NCBI GenBank assembly: GCA_963765895.1
Contig: CAVXZB010000041.1
Span: 1 to 64,000 of the forward strand
From: an uncultured Nitrososphaeraceae archaeon
GTDB lineage: Archaea > Thermoproteota > Nitrososphaeria > Nitrososphaerales > Nitrososphaeraceae
Length of the DNA stretch: 64,000 nucleotides
Reading direction: 5' to 3'
Part shown: piece after piece, positions 24,168-36,029 of the stretch
Numbering within the stretch: position 1 is the stretch's first letter
Layout: each line of letters opens with the position of its first letter
Translations under genes and position numbers: made by a program
Notes under the pieces: model-generated
The model's database searches: none
What the model saw: the letters and a program-made list of their open reading frames with translations, nothing else
What the model was told of the DNA's origin: nothing

Positions 24168-25115
24168 GGCTATGTAGAAAACATCATCAATATTACAAGA
24201 TTAGTCAGTCTATGCATATTGTAGGTGATACATCTAAATGATAACTCTCTGTTCTGCATTCTAGTCAATCTAGACATAAGATTCTCTCCAAATAGTCGTT
24301 TTATAACTGATATTATGGTTTCATCTTTGTTTCGTTGATTGTACAGCAATTTGGAGTAACCACGCTTCATCTGCTTTCTGTACTTACCATGTGTTCTCCA
24401 CATCGGTACATGTTCATATCGAGCAGGAATAATACTGAATGCATGTAAGTCCTCTCTTACGAGAAGGTGATTATCTTCACTATCGTAACCCTTATCAGCT
24501 GTAACTACGGATAATGGAAGAATATTTGATGTCCTTGTTATAATTGGCCTGAAATCTACATTATCATGCCTTGTTGGAGCTCGTCTTATCTTAATTGTAC
24601 ATATGATTTGTTGTAATACATCTACTCCAATAGATAATTTCGCATATTTTCTTCTCAATTCTGTTCGATCAGTATAATATTGTGATGCATGAGTTATCTT
24701 AAATCCTGTTGAATCTATTCCTGCAAAGATATGCTTGGTACCACTAATTACAATGAATGACGAAATTATCTTTTCAAGCAATGAATTATTGATTCTATCT
24801 GTAAACTTTTGCAATGTTGTAAAATGAGGAATACGTGACAACCGTAGAAATGACCTTAGGTAATAGGCTTCAATTAACCACTCGACAAACATTCTATAAC
24901 TCTTACCTTCATACTGTCGTATAGCAACTAGAACTATGTGCTGCCATATTGTAAATATGTGATTACTTTTCCTGTTAGAAAATAGAGGAATCCTTGCATG
25001 CTTCAAAACACGGAACATAGTACCTGCAAGTCTGACGTACATTGATTCTTTCAATAGACTATTGGTATTATACTCTTACAAAGCTTTGACTGTATGAGAT
25101 GGTTTCTACACAGCC
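24168..25115 (-). mobile_element. IS5-family insertion sequence, copy 1 (948 bp)
   Basis: Terminal IRs GGCTATGTAGAAA / GGCTGTGTAGAAA; 8-bp target duplication GATTTATA at 24160-24167 and 25116-25123. Confidence 0.93.
24170..25054 (-). CDS. IS5-family DDE transposase
   Basis: IDSTGF, ADKGYDS and YNQRNKDET motifs; 294 aa. Confidence 0.93.
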   Translation of the reverse strand: MKESMYVRLAGTMFRVLKHARIPLFSNRKSNHIFTIWQHIVLVAIRQYEGKSYRMFVEWLIEAYYLRSFLRLSRIPHFTTLQKFTDRINNSLLEKIISSFIVISGTKHIFAGIDSTGFKITHASQYYTDRTELRRKYAKLSIGVDVLQQIICTIKIRRAPTRHDNVDFRPIITRTSNILPLSVVTADKGYDSEDNHLLVREDLHAFSIIPARYEHVPMWRTHGKYRKQMKRGYSKLLYNQRNKDETIISVIKRLFGENLMSRLTRMQNRELSFRCITYNMHRLTNLVILMMFST

Positions 25116-25553
25116 GATTTATATACACGAATGGACTGTCTGACTAGCTACTATGTGTGAATTTTGAACGAGATATGGAAAATTTAGATGGACTAGTTGA
25201 TAATATATAGACTAGTTTATAATATAATATACAATCCTGACTAAATTAATTGTTGGAATGCTCGTACAAGTCATTGGTCGAGTATAAGAAGTCAGATAAT
25301 CATACTGATTGTTCTCTTTCTTTTTCTTGTTCACTTGATGATTTATTCTGGTCTCTAACCCTGGTAGAACTAGACACCTACTGCAGGTTAGATGCGTGTC
25401 CAGATATGAGGACACCCGACGATGATTATCTTTTGGGTAATTGTAAATTCCAGGAGACAATATCTGTTGAAGACAGAATAATAACAGATGATAATTGGTG
25501 GCCAATGATGATGAATTCAATTTAGCAAGTTGATAGAATAGATTAAAGATCCA

Positions 25554-26046
25554 TCAAGTTATGCTGATTACGAATTTTTTCTCTGTCATAGAATTATTTT
25601 CCCAGCTTCTTTTATATTGCATCTTTATAAGAGTTGTTCCTAAAGATATACCTTTGAAAACAAAAGTTATCTGTACCAGATGCTCCCCTGAGCAGAGAGG
25701 ATGGCTTAAAGTTATGGGAAATCAATTCCACAACACTAGCATTAAATATTGGTATCCACTCATAACCAGTCGTGGGATTTGATTCAAGGTATAGATTAAA
25801 CTCTTGATCTTTCTTTATAGAAATATTATTTCCCTGCTGGCGGCTATCGGTTTGGTTTTCCAGGTTAGTGGAATTAACCGCAGTAGAATTTATTTCATAT
25901 TTAACTACTCTTACTAGATTTAAAGCCTTTTGATGAATACCTGATATTGCCCAGCCTAACTGCATCTGACTACAGACTAGACTTGTAGAAAGAACAAGGA
26001 CAATAACTACACTTTGTATTTTCCAGCTGTTTATTTTGATAAACAT
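25554..26046 (-). pseudogene. chagasin/I42 cysteine-protease inhibitor, secreted, frameshifted
   Basis: LESNPTTGYEW, GASG, then in another frame MQYKRSWE; signal peptide present. Confidence 0.85.
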
Positions 26047-26489
26047 AATTATCAGAAGGATCAGCGTTCTAGTTTAGTTTTAAATTAAAGCACTTGAAAG
26101 TACTTGACAATTTACTCTTTATTATATCGTGTACCGAGTTTTTGGTGGAACGAGTATAATTGGATTTACGATTACAAAGTAATAACTAGGCAATTACGCA
26201 GTAGGCAACTGATAGATACGAGATAGTCATGTAGACTACTAGTATTTTGTATAGTTAGCCATGAATCAGAATGTTCTGAAGCAGACTCTTACCAGAACAG
26301 ATTTATCAACACAGATAGCCATCAAAAGAAGACATATTTCATCAGCATAAGCAAGGTCATAATCTTAGTCGCTGCACTTATTTTAAGCCTCTAAAATCAC
26401 ATAGAGGAATCTTACAGGTACAATGTATTAATGGATTAATATGCGATATTTTAAATTAGGCGCAAAAAATGAGAATATAACATCTCATC

Positions 26490-27821
26490 ATGAATGCCCT
26501 TGAGTCATATAACAAGATTTTGCATTTAATGAAAGAACATCACACCTGGTTTGATAAATCTATACCTCTCATCGCCAGTGAAAACATACCTAGTACTGCA
26601 GTAAGAGAAGCAATAATTTCTGATTTTGGCAACAGATATGCCGAAGGCTGGCCCGGAGAGAGGGTATATGCTGGATGCAAATACATAGATCAAGTGGAAT
26701 TAATTTGTAACGATTTGGCGAAGGTCGTATTTGGAGCAGAATTTGCAGATTGTAGAGCAACTTCGGGTGTAGTTGCCAACCTTGCTATTTATGCTGCATT
26801 TTCCAAACCTGGTGATTATATGCTAGCATCATCCATTCCCTCAGGCGGTCATATTTCCCATGGTAAGAAAGAGCATTCTGGTACAGCTGGGCTTGTACAT
26901 GGATTAAGTATTGAACATTACCCCTTTTCAAAAGAAGAAATGACTATAGATGTGGATGCTACGAAAAAGAAAATTGAAGAAATGTGTAAGGATAATAGAG
27001 CTCCAAGTATAGGAATGTTTGGTGGTAGTCTATTTCTATTTCCACATCCTGTAAAGGAATTGGCAGATTTTATGCACGATCATAATATGTATATAAACTA
27101 CGATGGGGCACATGTTGCGGGATTGATTGCTGGAGGTCAGTTCCAAGATCCTCTAAGAGAGGGAGCAGATTCAATCACTATGAGCTCACACAAAACGTTG
27201 TGGGGTCCCCAAGGAGGAATTATAGTATCACTACAAAAATATGCTGAATCTATCAAGAAGGCAGTATTTCCTGGCATCACAAGTAGTCATCATCTGCATC
27301 ACGTTGCTGGCAAAGCTATTGCCCTAGCTGAATCATTAGAATTTGGAAAAGATTATGCAATACAAGTGATCAAAAATGCCAAAGCTATTGCAAGGGATTT
27401 AGCTAATTTAGGGTTCGATGTTCTGGGAGAAAAAAAAGGTTATACAGCATCGCATCAACTTGCGGTAGATGTTTCAAAATTTGGTGACGGCGGTACAATA
27501 GAAAGAGATTTGGAAAAAGCTAACATAATCTTAAATAGGCAGTTATTGCCCGGAGATATCAAAGCTGGCAGGCACTATATGCATCCTAGTGGAATAAGGA
27601 TCGGGGTTCCAGAAATAACAAGATTAGGAATGAAAGAAAGTGAAATGAAAGAAATTGCGAATTTTATTAAACGTGTGGTAATAGATAAACAAGACCCCCA
27701 TTCTATAGCAAATGATGTGACAGAGTTCAGAAAACAATTCCAAAAAATACATTATGCATTTGATAATGCTGTTGACGCGTACGAATACATAGATGTCATT
27801 CACCATCGAAAAACAAGTTAG
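26490..27821 (+). CDS. glyA: serine hydroxymethyltransferase
   Basis: LIASEN, YAEGWPGERVYAG, GGHISH, DGAHVAGLIA, SSHKTLWGPQGG (PLP lysine), SGIRIG. Confidence 0.98.
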   Translation: MNALESYNKILHLMKEHHTWFDKSIPLIASENIPSTAVREAIISDFGNRYAEGWPGERVYAGCKYIDQVELICNDLAKVVFGAEFADCRATSGVVANLAIYAAFSKPGDYMLASSIPSGGHISHGKKEHSGTAGLVHGLSIEHYPFSKEEMTIDVDATKKKIEEMCKDNRAPSIGMFGGSLFLFPHPVKELADFMHDHNMYINYDGAHVAGLIAGGQFQDPLREGADSITMSSHKTLWGPQGGIIVSLQKYAESIKKAVFPGITSSHHLHHVAGKAIALAESLEFGKDYAIQVIKNAKAIARDLANLGFDVLGEKKGYTASHQLAVDVSKFGDGGTIERDLEKANIILNRQLLPGDIKAGRHYMHPSGIRIGVPEITRLGMKESEMKEIANFIKRVVIDKQDPHSIANDVTEFRKQFQKIHYAFDNAVDAYEYIDVIHHRKTS

Positions 27822-28286
27822 TCAATGATGAAGAATTAACATTAATCCGCCTAAAGGCAGCATGAATGAATATCTAGTCAGTTACCATAAATAAACGAGC
27901 ATCTAAAACTCTGCATAGTTAAATGATTGTGTGGTGAACAACTAATTAACCAGTCAATTTTTGTTTCATAACTATTTCATGATCTTGTTTCAGACTATTT
28001 ACTAATCAAGTAAGCGATACACTCTATAGTAAAATAAATAAAAAGATTATACCTATTATTTTTTTTCTAGAATTTTGACTGAATTACATGGTCGTAAATC
28101 GTTACAAGGTACAAACACTATCCTCGATTCTGGTGCTTCGATCTTCCACAATCGATTATCGTCATCATAACACTCGAGTTTTGTTCATTCATGTCCTGTG
28201 TTAATGTGTAAATTAGGAAATCCAGAAAAATTGATAAAAGTTGTATTCAAAAACCTTTCATCAAAATATCGAAATATTAACTAATC

Positions 28287-28589
28287 TTAATATTCAACAC
28301 AACGATAATAAATTAAGCCGTTTATTGTGATATCTTCTATTTTTGCCATTGTGAGTTTTTTGTCAATGCGTTCATATTTTTTTGATATTATTCCAGATGT
28401 AATATTACTAAATAACTCCGTCAAGCCGAGTTTCACCATTGCATGATTGACTTCATCTTCTTTTATCCCAATCGCGTCAGCGATTTCTTTTGCTGAAAAC
28501 CCCTTTCCTTTGTTATGACATAAAAATTGAACTATTACTGTATTAATATTCTTGTGCGCATCAAATTCGGCAGCATCTATAGGTACCAT
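28287..28589 (-). CDS. winged-HTH-like hypothetical protein
   Basis: GFSAKEIADAIGIKEDEVNHAM helix-turn-helix pattern. Confidence 0.6.
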   Translation of the reverse strand: MVPIDAAEFDAHKNINTVIVQFLCHNKGKGFSAKEIADAIGIKEDEVNHAMVKLGLTELFSNITSGIISKKYERIDKKLTMAKIEDITINGLIYYRCVEY

Positions 28590-29102
28590 AACTTATGATG
28601 TTATGTGTGTACTAATATAACAAATACTGTTGTACCTCTGTTTTGGCACCTCTTATAACCAAGGTTTACTGGTTGGATCTTTTTCAAGAAATTTTTAGTT
28701 GACACTAGAAGAATCTTCCATATTTGTCTTGATTGTACCTATGAGTTTAGAACATAAGTCAGTCAGTTATGGCAGGGTTCCTGAATGTCAAAATCTACCT
28801 CCTACTCACTCCTGAAAGTCATTTTTTCTTGTCTAGGTCAAGTTTCTGATCTCAAAGTTTATTCTACGGTTATTCCATTTCTTCCTATTTGGCTGGATCT
28901 TCATTGAAGTTTGTGGACGATTTTGTTTCAACTGGTAATTATTATTTTTATTTTTAGGAATTGAATCCTAGATTCAATTGACCATGGGAGAACATATTTT
29001 GATACTATTAATAATTGCAATCTCAAAACTGCCTTATTTAATCAATACATTCGACTATGAAGATCATGCAGTGCCTTACTTGGTCTCGAGAACTTATCAT
29101 TA

Positions 29103-30395
29103 CTAGGTATTATTTGAGCGCTGCTCCCGACTCGCATTCGTCATAGAAACCAGCATAATATTCTGCAGGGTATTTATGACCTCTTTTATAAGATCTTCTT
29201 CATGAAAAGTTTTAGTTGATAGATTACCATGATATCTTTCAGCAACCTTTAAGATATCATGCTCATTAAGACCTAGCCGTAAAAGCGTAGTGATGATTGG
29301 TTCAATCATGGGCTGAACTTTCAGTCTCTGTAATCCCTTCTCTAGTTTGTCATTGAGCGTCTGAAGTTCTAATTTGAGATTTTCAATCTGGGGCCCAAAT
29401 CCTAACTTTGTATTATACTGAGTCTCTATGTCTTCAAAGAATTTTTTTACTGCCAATGGAGGGTATACGTCAAGTGAGATTTCAATATTTACAAGCAAAT
29501 TGCGCAATGTTCTTAGCTCACTTGAACCGAATCCGAGATTTGCAAGTTCGTCGTACACAGGTAGATTTTCTGAATGTAAATAGATTTTGTCTTGCAATAA
29601 AGATTCACGCTGACTAAGTTCCGTAACACTCTCTTCCAATTCTTTTGTAGATATCTCTAATGCACGTTTTTTGCCATCTAAATATTGGATATTATTAAAT
29701 TCTGCAAGTACCCTCTTGGGATCGTATCTATATTCTGCAATGCAACTAACAACACTGGCAAATTTGCTAAGATCTTCAGTGATAGACAAATTGTGTCGGT
29801 CTAGGACTTACTTTGCATTAGAATAGGACTTGATTTCTAAATCTGCCACTTTCTTTTGTTGCAATGCCAAATCCCGGGCATTTTCGATTTCTGACTTTTG
29901 ATTATTTAGGGTCGAGATCTTATCCTTTATCTCTTCCAGTTCTTTATCCAATTCTTTCTTTTTGGCTATCTTTTCGTCTATGTATTCTTCAACTTTAGAT
30001 AGTGAAATGTGATAATCATTTGAAACTTTGACAAGATTTTTTATACACTTAACGAATTCGCTTGGTAAGATTCCAGAATCTTTGCATTTATTATATAAGT
30101 CCCCTATGAGTTGTGTAGCAGCCTCTGCATCTATATTCTGCCCGCTTACCAACTTTATAGTTCTAAAACCGATTGCACATTGAGCTGGAGTAAGACCAGC
30201 AGCATTCATCGCTTTTGCCAACTCCCGGATTGCGTCTGCTTCAGGTTTTCCAATGGTCATACCCCATTCGTTAGTAATGTTGCTAACTGCTCCTGTGCTA
30301 ATGTTATTATCCTGTGCTATTATATCCCTGCCTAGGCCTTGAAGCCATTGACTTACTACTCGCGATTTTATTGTTTCAGGTATTGCAGCTGGCAT
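29103..30395 (-). pseudogene. N-terminal HTH + long coiled-coil protein, interrupted by an in-frame TAA at 29808
   Basis: The two ORFs share a frame (SNAK*VLDRHNLSITEDL); GRDIIAQDNNISTGAVSNI HTH; heptad-rich segments. Confidence 0.75.
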
Positions 30396-30458
30396 ACTAA
30401 TCTTCTAATACATAGAGAAAATACTTTACGGTATATAATAATAATCCCCTTTTGATGA

Positions 30459-30520
30459 GTCAAATAAGCAGTCAAATAGGTCAAATTCCCCGTCAAATAG
30501 CCTTGTCAAATGCGTCAAAT
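30459..30520 (-). promoter_or_regulatory. array of six GTCAAAT repeats just upstream of a TATA-like box
   Basis: Copies start at 30459, 30471, 30480, 30492, 30505 and 30514; TTATATA-like box near 30432-30440 on the minus strand. Confidence 0.7.
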
Positions 30521-31741
30521 GGCATAAGAACTGGAGAATACGCATTTCCTGCACATATAACGGACTCTTAATTGCTGGAGCAGCATTCTATAAGCACGCA
30601 ATAGACTTTGATTATTCCCTCGGATAAATCACTTCTGCGTACTTTTGATAATCCTTCGGGATATTTCATTAATCATGTGTGGAGAAGAGCCGCTGCAATC
30701 TCGGGTTTCTTTTAGCTAGGTTGCACTTATGCTAAACTATTATGTAACAGGAAATTAGTAGTTATAAAGTAATATCATAGTAGATATTTGTTATAGCACA
30801 TAGTATTCTAGTTTGCCTGGATGGTTAGGTTTAGATCATCTAGTAAGGTAGGTGATGAGCAATTCTCGCTGTTACCTAACTGCACAAAATGTGGCCTTAA
30901 GTTTTGACAGTGGTAAATGGAAAGTCTGAAGATTAAAAAAAAGTATTGTTCAAGATACTTCTAAAAGAGTTCCCATAGAATCACATTAACAAGCTAGTGC
31001 ACTTGGCTTTCTTATCCTCTATTGTTAGATGAAGAGACACAGAGCAAGTCAAATCACAAGCATTCTTGTTATTATATAACAATAAAATTGCCCATTTCAG
31101 AAAGATTAGATGGTATATAGATAAAGTACATATTTTTACGTGTGACAATTGACAATTTCGTAGGATAGATTACAAATGAAGTATATAAGCCAAAGTACAA
31201 ATAGAGATAATACTTACTATTAAGAGCGTCAATATTATTATCGATAATTTAGCTGCATATTTTATTTTGTACTTTCGAAATATTGTATTTTATTCGATTA
31301 TAATTTTTGAATTGGGTTAACGATATTTATGAAAGTAAACTTTAATGTGTAGCAATATGTGTCAGCAAGATTAGTAATAACAATAATTAATAGCAACAAT
31401 TGCGTCTGAGCCATCGTTTTCATCTCTATATTGCTAAATAATATAATACAATACACCTTAGTTTCGAATATCATTTTACAATTGAAATAGAATCAGGTCT
31501 GTTTCACAACCATAACAAGCGTACATAACCCATAATATCTAATTAATATATCATACATTTGTTTTCTGTTTATCATACATAGGCAATAGATATTCCTTGG
31601 CCTAACAAAGATGAAGCATGCGATTGGCAGTGGCTACAAATGATATGGGGGTCTTAATGAAAAAGAGATTGATAATTTACTAGAAATTCGAAATTCGACT
31701 CTTTTGCTATAAAAAGAAAAATGATAGCAGAAAAATTTTAA

Positions 31742-34433
31742 TCAATAAATGACTATCCTTTCCTCCATATCATGGATTGTCTTGAATTTATAGTTTGTAC
31801 CCTTTAAGGACAACTTCTCTGATACAAGTTGATGGGACTGGGGTGGACTTTGTTCAACTAGATCAATTGACCTTTTCGCTGTTTGTTTCACGAATTCACT
31901 GGCTTCGTTGAGTACGGCCTGCTTTAAATCTTGTGTTATTTTTGCGTCTTGCGAATATTTAGAAGCATTACCAAGCGATGCATAGGCTGTATTTCTTATA
32001 TGGATTGATCCGTCGTTTAATTGGCCTTTGATATGAGTTACAATAGTACTACTCCGGTCTTTATGATATCTAGCAAAATATCCTAATGCGGACAAGGCTG
32101 CTTGTCTAATTCGGTCATCATTATCTCTTTTACTCTTATCAATTAGTGTACTTTCAACAGTATCCATGGTTTCATTTTTTGAAGTCTCTAATGACACAAT
32201 TTTTAGTCCCTCTATGCCACCTCTCGCAACAATATTCTTAAATGATTTTTTGTCCAAAAGAGATAACAATAATGGAATTGATTTTTCTTCACTTACGCTT
32301 TTGGCTATTGCAACTGGCAGCGGCATATTGAACACTAGCACTTTCATTATCATTTTCTAGAATCTGTTTTAGTAGGCCAAATGAATCATCTTTAGAGAAC
32401 GATCCCAATGCTTCAACTATGGATTCTTTTATTTTATTCTGATTGCTTTGGACGCTTTCGTAACATTGTTTTAAAGCTTCATATGATGCTTCACTTCGCA
32501 CTGATCCGAGCGTTTTTGCAGCTTCAGCTCTTACTCCCCAAAACAGATTCTCCTGCGATATCACACTCCTTAATTTATTTACAAGTTCTGCTGTTGACTC
32601 GCTACCAGCTAAAGCCCTTGCTGCACATATTTTTTCTATTATCGTTTCTCCATCAGTTAAACTATTTAATAAAATGGAATTACCAGCGTTCTGAACAGTC
32701 AGATCTAATTTTTTTAGTAACTTAAAATATGGATCGATAGGAACTCTTTTAACAGATGCCCCATCGGGAATGTTGTACGTTTTTCCTACCTCCTTTTTAT
32801 CTACGAATAAGGTATCTTCTGTTTTCTTTTCAGTACCATCGCTCATCTGAAATACTATCATAACATCAAGGGGAAACCTGAATTGATTAACCTGTGTTTG
32901 TTGAACTTTAAGGTTTACTGCTGAATTAATTACTGAAACTGTGATATTCAATTCAGGATGTCCTCCTTGATACATCCATTGATCAAAGAACTCTTGTAAA
33001 CTTTTGCCAGAGCTTTGTTCAAAAATTTTTCTCATATCGTCAGTTTCTGCAGTCTTATTTTTGAATAAATCTAGGTATGTTTGTAGTGATTTTCTAAAAT
33101 CATCCTCTCCTAGTAGTGATCTCAGCATGTGTAAAATGCATGCGCCCTTTTGATAGGTACGAGGAGTACTAAACATATCAAGTGGATTTTCATAATTCTT
33201 ATAGACCAATGGTATTGTATGTACACCCTCTTCTGTACTAGTGAGATACCCGTCTGCATTAGTCAGCATATAAGAGATATATTCATCTTCTCCCAAAATA
33301 TCTTCATAATATAATGCCTCGCTATACGAAGCAAATCCTTCGTTAAGCCAAACGTGTTGCCAATCTCTACATGTCACTAGGTCACCAAACCACTGGTGAG
33401 CCAGCTCATGAACAACAACATAATCATATGTACTAGAATCTCGTGTTGTTTTCTCGTCAGGTAAATAGCGTGTTGTCAAAGTAGTACAAGATGTGTTTTC
33501 CATTCCGCCAAATGGAAATTCTTCAACAGTAACCTGGGAATATTTGTCATATGGATATTTTGTTCCAAAATATCTTTCAAAAAAGCTCATCATTTTTAAA
33601 GTATTTTTGAAAAGTCGGCGCCCCTCTTCGTCTCTATTGGGAGGAACATAATACAATAGTGGAACTCTACCATCATAGTTTTCTTCCGGAAGTTCTACAA
33701 ATTTTCCTATAACTACAGACGTAACATATGTAGCATCTGAATGTGGCTCATCCCATACATATTTCTTTTTTCTTCCTTGCTCATCTTCCTCATCTATAAT
33801 ATCCATATTCCCATTAGAGACTACAATAAACTTCGTTTTAGGATCTTCCATTTTTACAATAGTCTCCGGAACAGAAACTGATATTTGTCTAGGAAACTTA
33901 GCTTGGGGATTATCAATGCACGGGAACCATTTTTTAGATTCTGTAGGTTCGCCTTGTGTCCAACATTGAAATGCTATGTGATCATCATTTTCTATAAAGT
34001 TGAATCCCATGCCATCTGAACTATTGTCGTTTGCAGGAAGTATATTGCCATTAGTAGAATAATTGATTACTAAGGAGAACTTGGTACCTTCTTTGCTCTT
34101 TCCAATATCAATTACCAGTTTATCATTGTCTTGTTTGAACGATAATTGTTTATCACCCTGCTGGGATGCTGCGTCTGAATGGATAAGTGGTGAATGAATT
34201 TCTATCTTCCGTTTATCGTTATAAACACAGTCAAGTTCGATTTCTTCCAGATCCTGTAAAGTTGTTAGTTTCAATTGTTGTTTGCAATCTATCCTCTTTG
34301 TGTTGAAGTCTGGCTCAATCGAAAGCCACATATAATCGATATTGACGTAAGAAGACTGTGGATAATTTACTTCATTTTGTCCTCCCTGGCTACCAATAGT
34401 AGAGATTGGTCTTTCAGAAGAATGGTTTTTCAA
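31742..34433 (-). CDS. pepN: M1 aminopeptidase with C-terminal HEAT repeats, single frameshift near 32320
   Basis: GGMEN and HELAHQWFGD-x-WLNEGFA zinc motifs; HEAT repeats continue in ORF 31742-32353. Confidence 0.9.
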
Positions 34434-34765
34434 TTCTAGCTAATCATGATCATGCAACTTGATAAGCTTTTTCCACATAGATTTTTACCGCAATTATACT
34501 ATCGGAGGAATTCACATTAACGATATCATGAAATTAATCAATGTTCCATTTTTTGCAATTAGTGTCGTTATACTGTTTTTGTATAGTTTCATTGACAACA
34601 AGTGTTACCAGATTCTATCCAAAATATCTATTCAATATAAAGTGATGATTGCAATTTGGTCATGAGTATCCATCTCGCATTCGATAATCTTTGCCATTTT
34701 CTATAAATATTATGAAGAATTTTTTAATTGTGCTCTTCATGTGTAATATAAAAATAGCTATGTAA

Positions 34766-34783
34766 TTTTTCGGCTTCGAAAAA
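34766..34783. repeat. imperfect copy of the TTTTCGGCGCCGAAAA palindrome
   Basis: TTTTTCGGCTTCGAAAAA directly after the parB stop. Confidence 0.5.
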
Positions 34784-34791
34784 CTTTGCTT

Positions 34792-35666
34792 TCATATTCT
34801 GCTTTTGAACTTCATCTTTTCACTTATTAGAAGATCAATTTGCTTATGCAGCATTCTCTTGTGCTGCATTAAAATTTCGTAAAATATCCAATTTTCCTCT
34901 ATGTTTTCAATAACTTCTCCCAATCTCATCATAGCAACTTTTAATACGACAATGGATCTGTCAAACGACTTTAGAACTCTTTCTTGGTTTTTGGCAAAAT
35001 TTAATACATTTGTAAAATCATTTTCGGTATTTCGCATTTGATCACAACCTGCTGAGCTTTAATATGCATGCGTGTTTTTCTTAGAGATAAATGTTTATCC
35101 AATATCGTGCCAACGAGTTCTACCTGTTTCACAGGGTCTTTAATGGAACTTAGTTCTTCTGCAATACTAACTGGTATATCAGAATTAAGGATTGAATCAA
35201 TTACCTTGGAAGGCAAATCAAGTAATCCTATACGTTTCGTTATATAGCTAATACTTTTACCTATCTTTTTGGATAAATCAGTTATTCCTCCCCATCCGAA
35301 ATCTACTACATATTTTTTGAATGCCTGCGCCTCGTCGATGGGATCAAGACTTTTTCGTTGTATATTTTCTACTAGAGAAACCTCGAAAGCTTCCTTGTCG
35401 TCCAATTCTACAATATAGCATGTTATTTTTCTCCAACCTAATGATCTGCAGGCGTTATATCTTCTGTTACCGGCTACGATTTCAAAGTGCTCATCTTTCA
35501 CCCTTACTATAATTGGTTGCAAAAGCCCTTTTTGTTGTATGGACTTTGATAAGTCTAGCGTAGAGTCCATACTAGATCTACAGAAATATGATTGACGGAT
35601 ATGGAAAATATCTACGTCTTGTATTGAACCTGGCACGAGTTCAGAATGATATACTAATCTAGACAT
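34792..35666 (-). CDS. parB: ParB/RepB/Spo0J-family protein, probable frameshift near 35040
   Basis: SIQQKGLLQPIIVR, EIVAGNRRYNA, SLVENIQRKSLDPIDEA and an HTH; ORF 34792-35037 is the likely C-terminus. Confidence 0.88.
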
Positions 35667-36029
35667 TCTTTATTATCTGGAATTTGGAATACAATAAACT
35701 TTATCATATTGAATTCTGTAAAAACATAGCAGTTACTAACTAATCATATTTTAGTATGAAATATCCTAGATTAGAAATGACCAACGTTTAACTACAGCAT
35801 CCTAGAATTGATCAATATGCCTCATGTACTGTATAACACGGATTCCCAATATTCAAGTACAAAGTGGAAAACGATACTTAGAGTTCTTCAGGTTGTGGTG
35901 GTGGTTCGATAAATTCTGGTCATTTAAGGCATTAATCCATTATCGACCATTTCTACATCAGGATTTAGAAAAGATGAACTATCTGTCTGAGATAAGAATA
36001 TCGACCTAAATAAGTTATAATTTATAGTT

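Noticed and set aside
25250-25525. 91-aa Cys-containing ORF
   Set aside because: No recognisable motif, weak start and a competing overlapping ORF; cannot be supported.
29808-29810. Programmed stop-codon readthrough
   Set aside because: The paralog has CAA at the equivalent position, so a C-to-T nonsense change is simpler.
30459-30520. Mini-CRISPR or ORB replication origin
   Set aside because: Units are 7 bp with 2-6 bp gaps, there is no ORB G-string, and no cdc6/orc1 is nearby.
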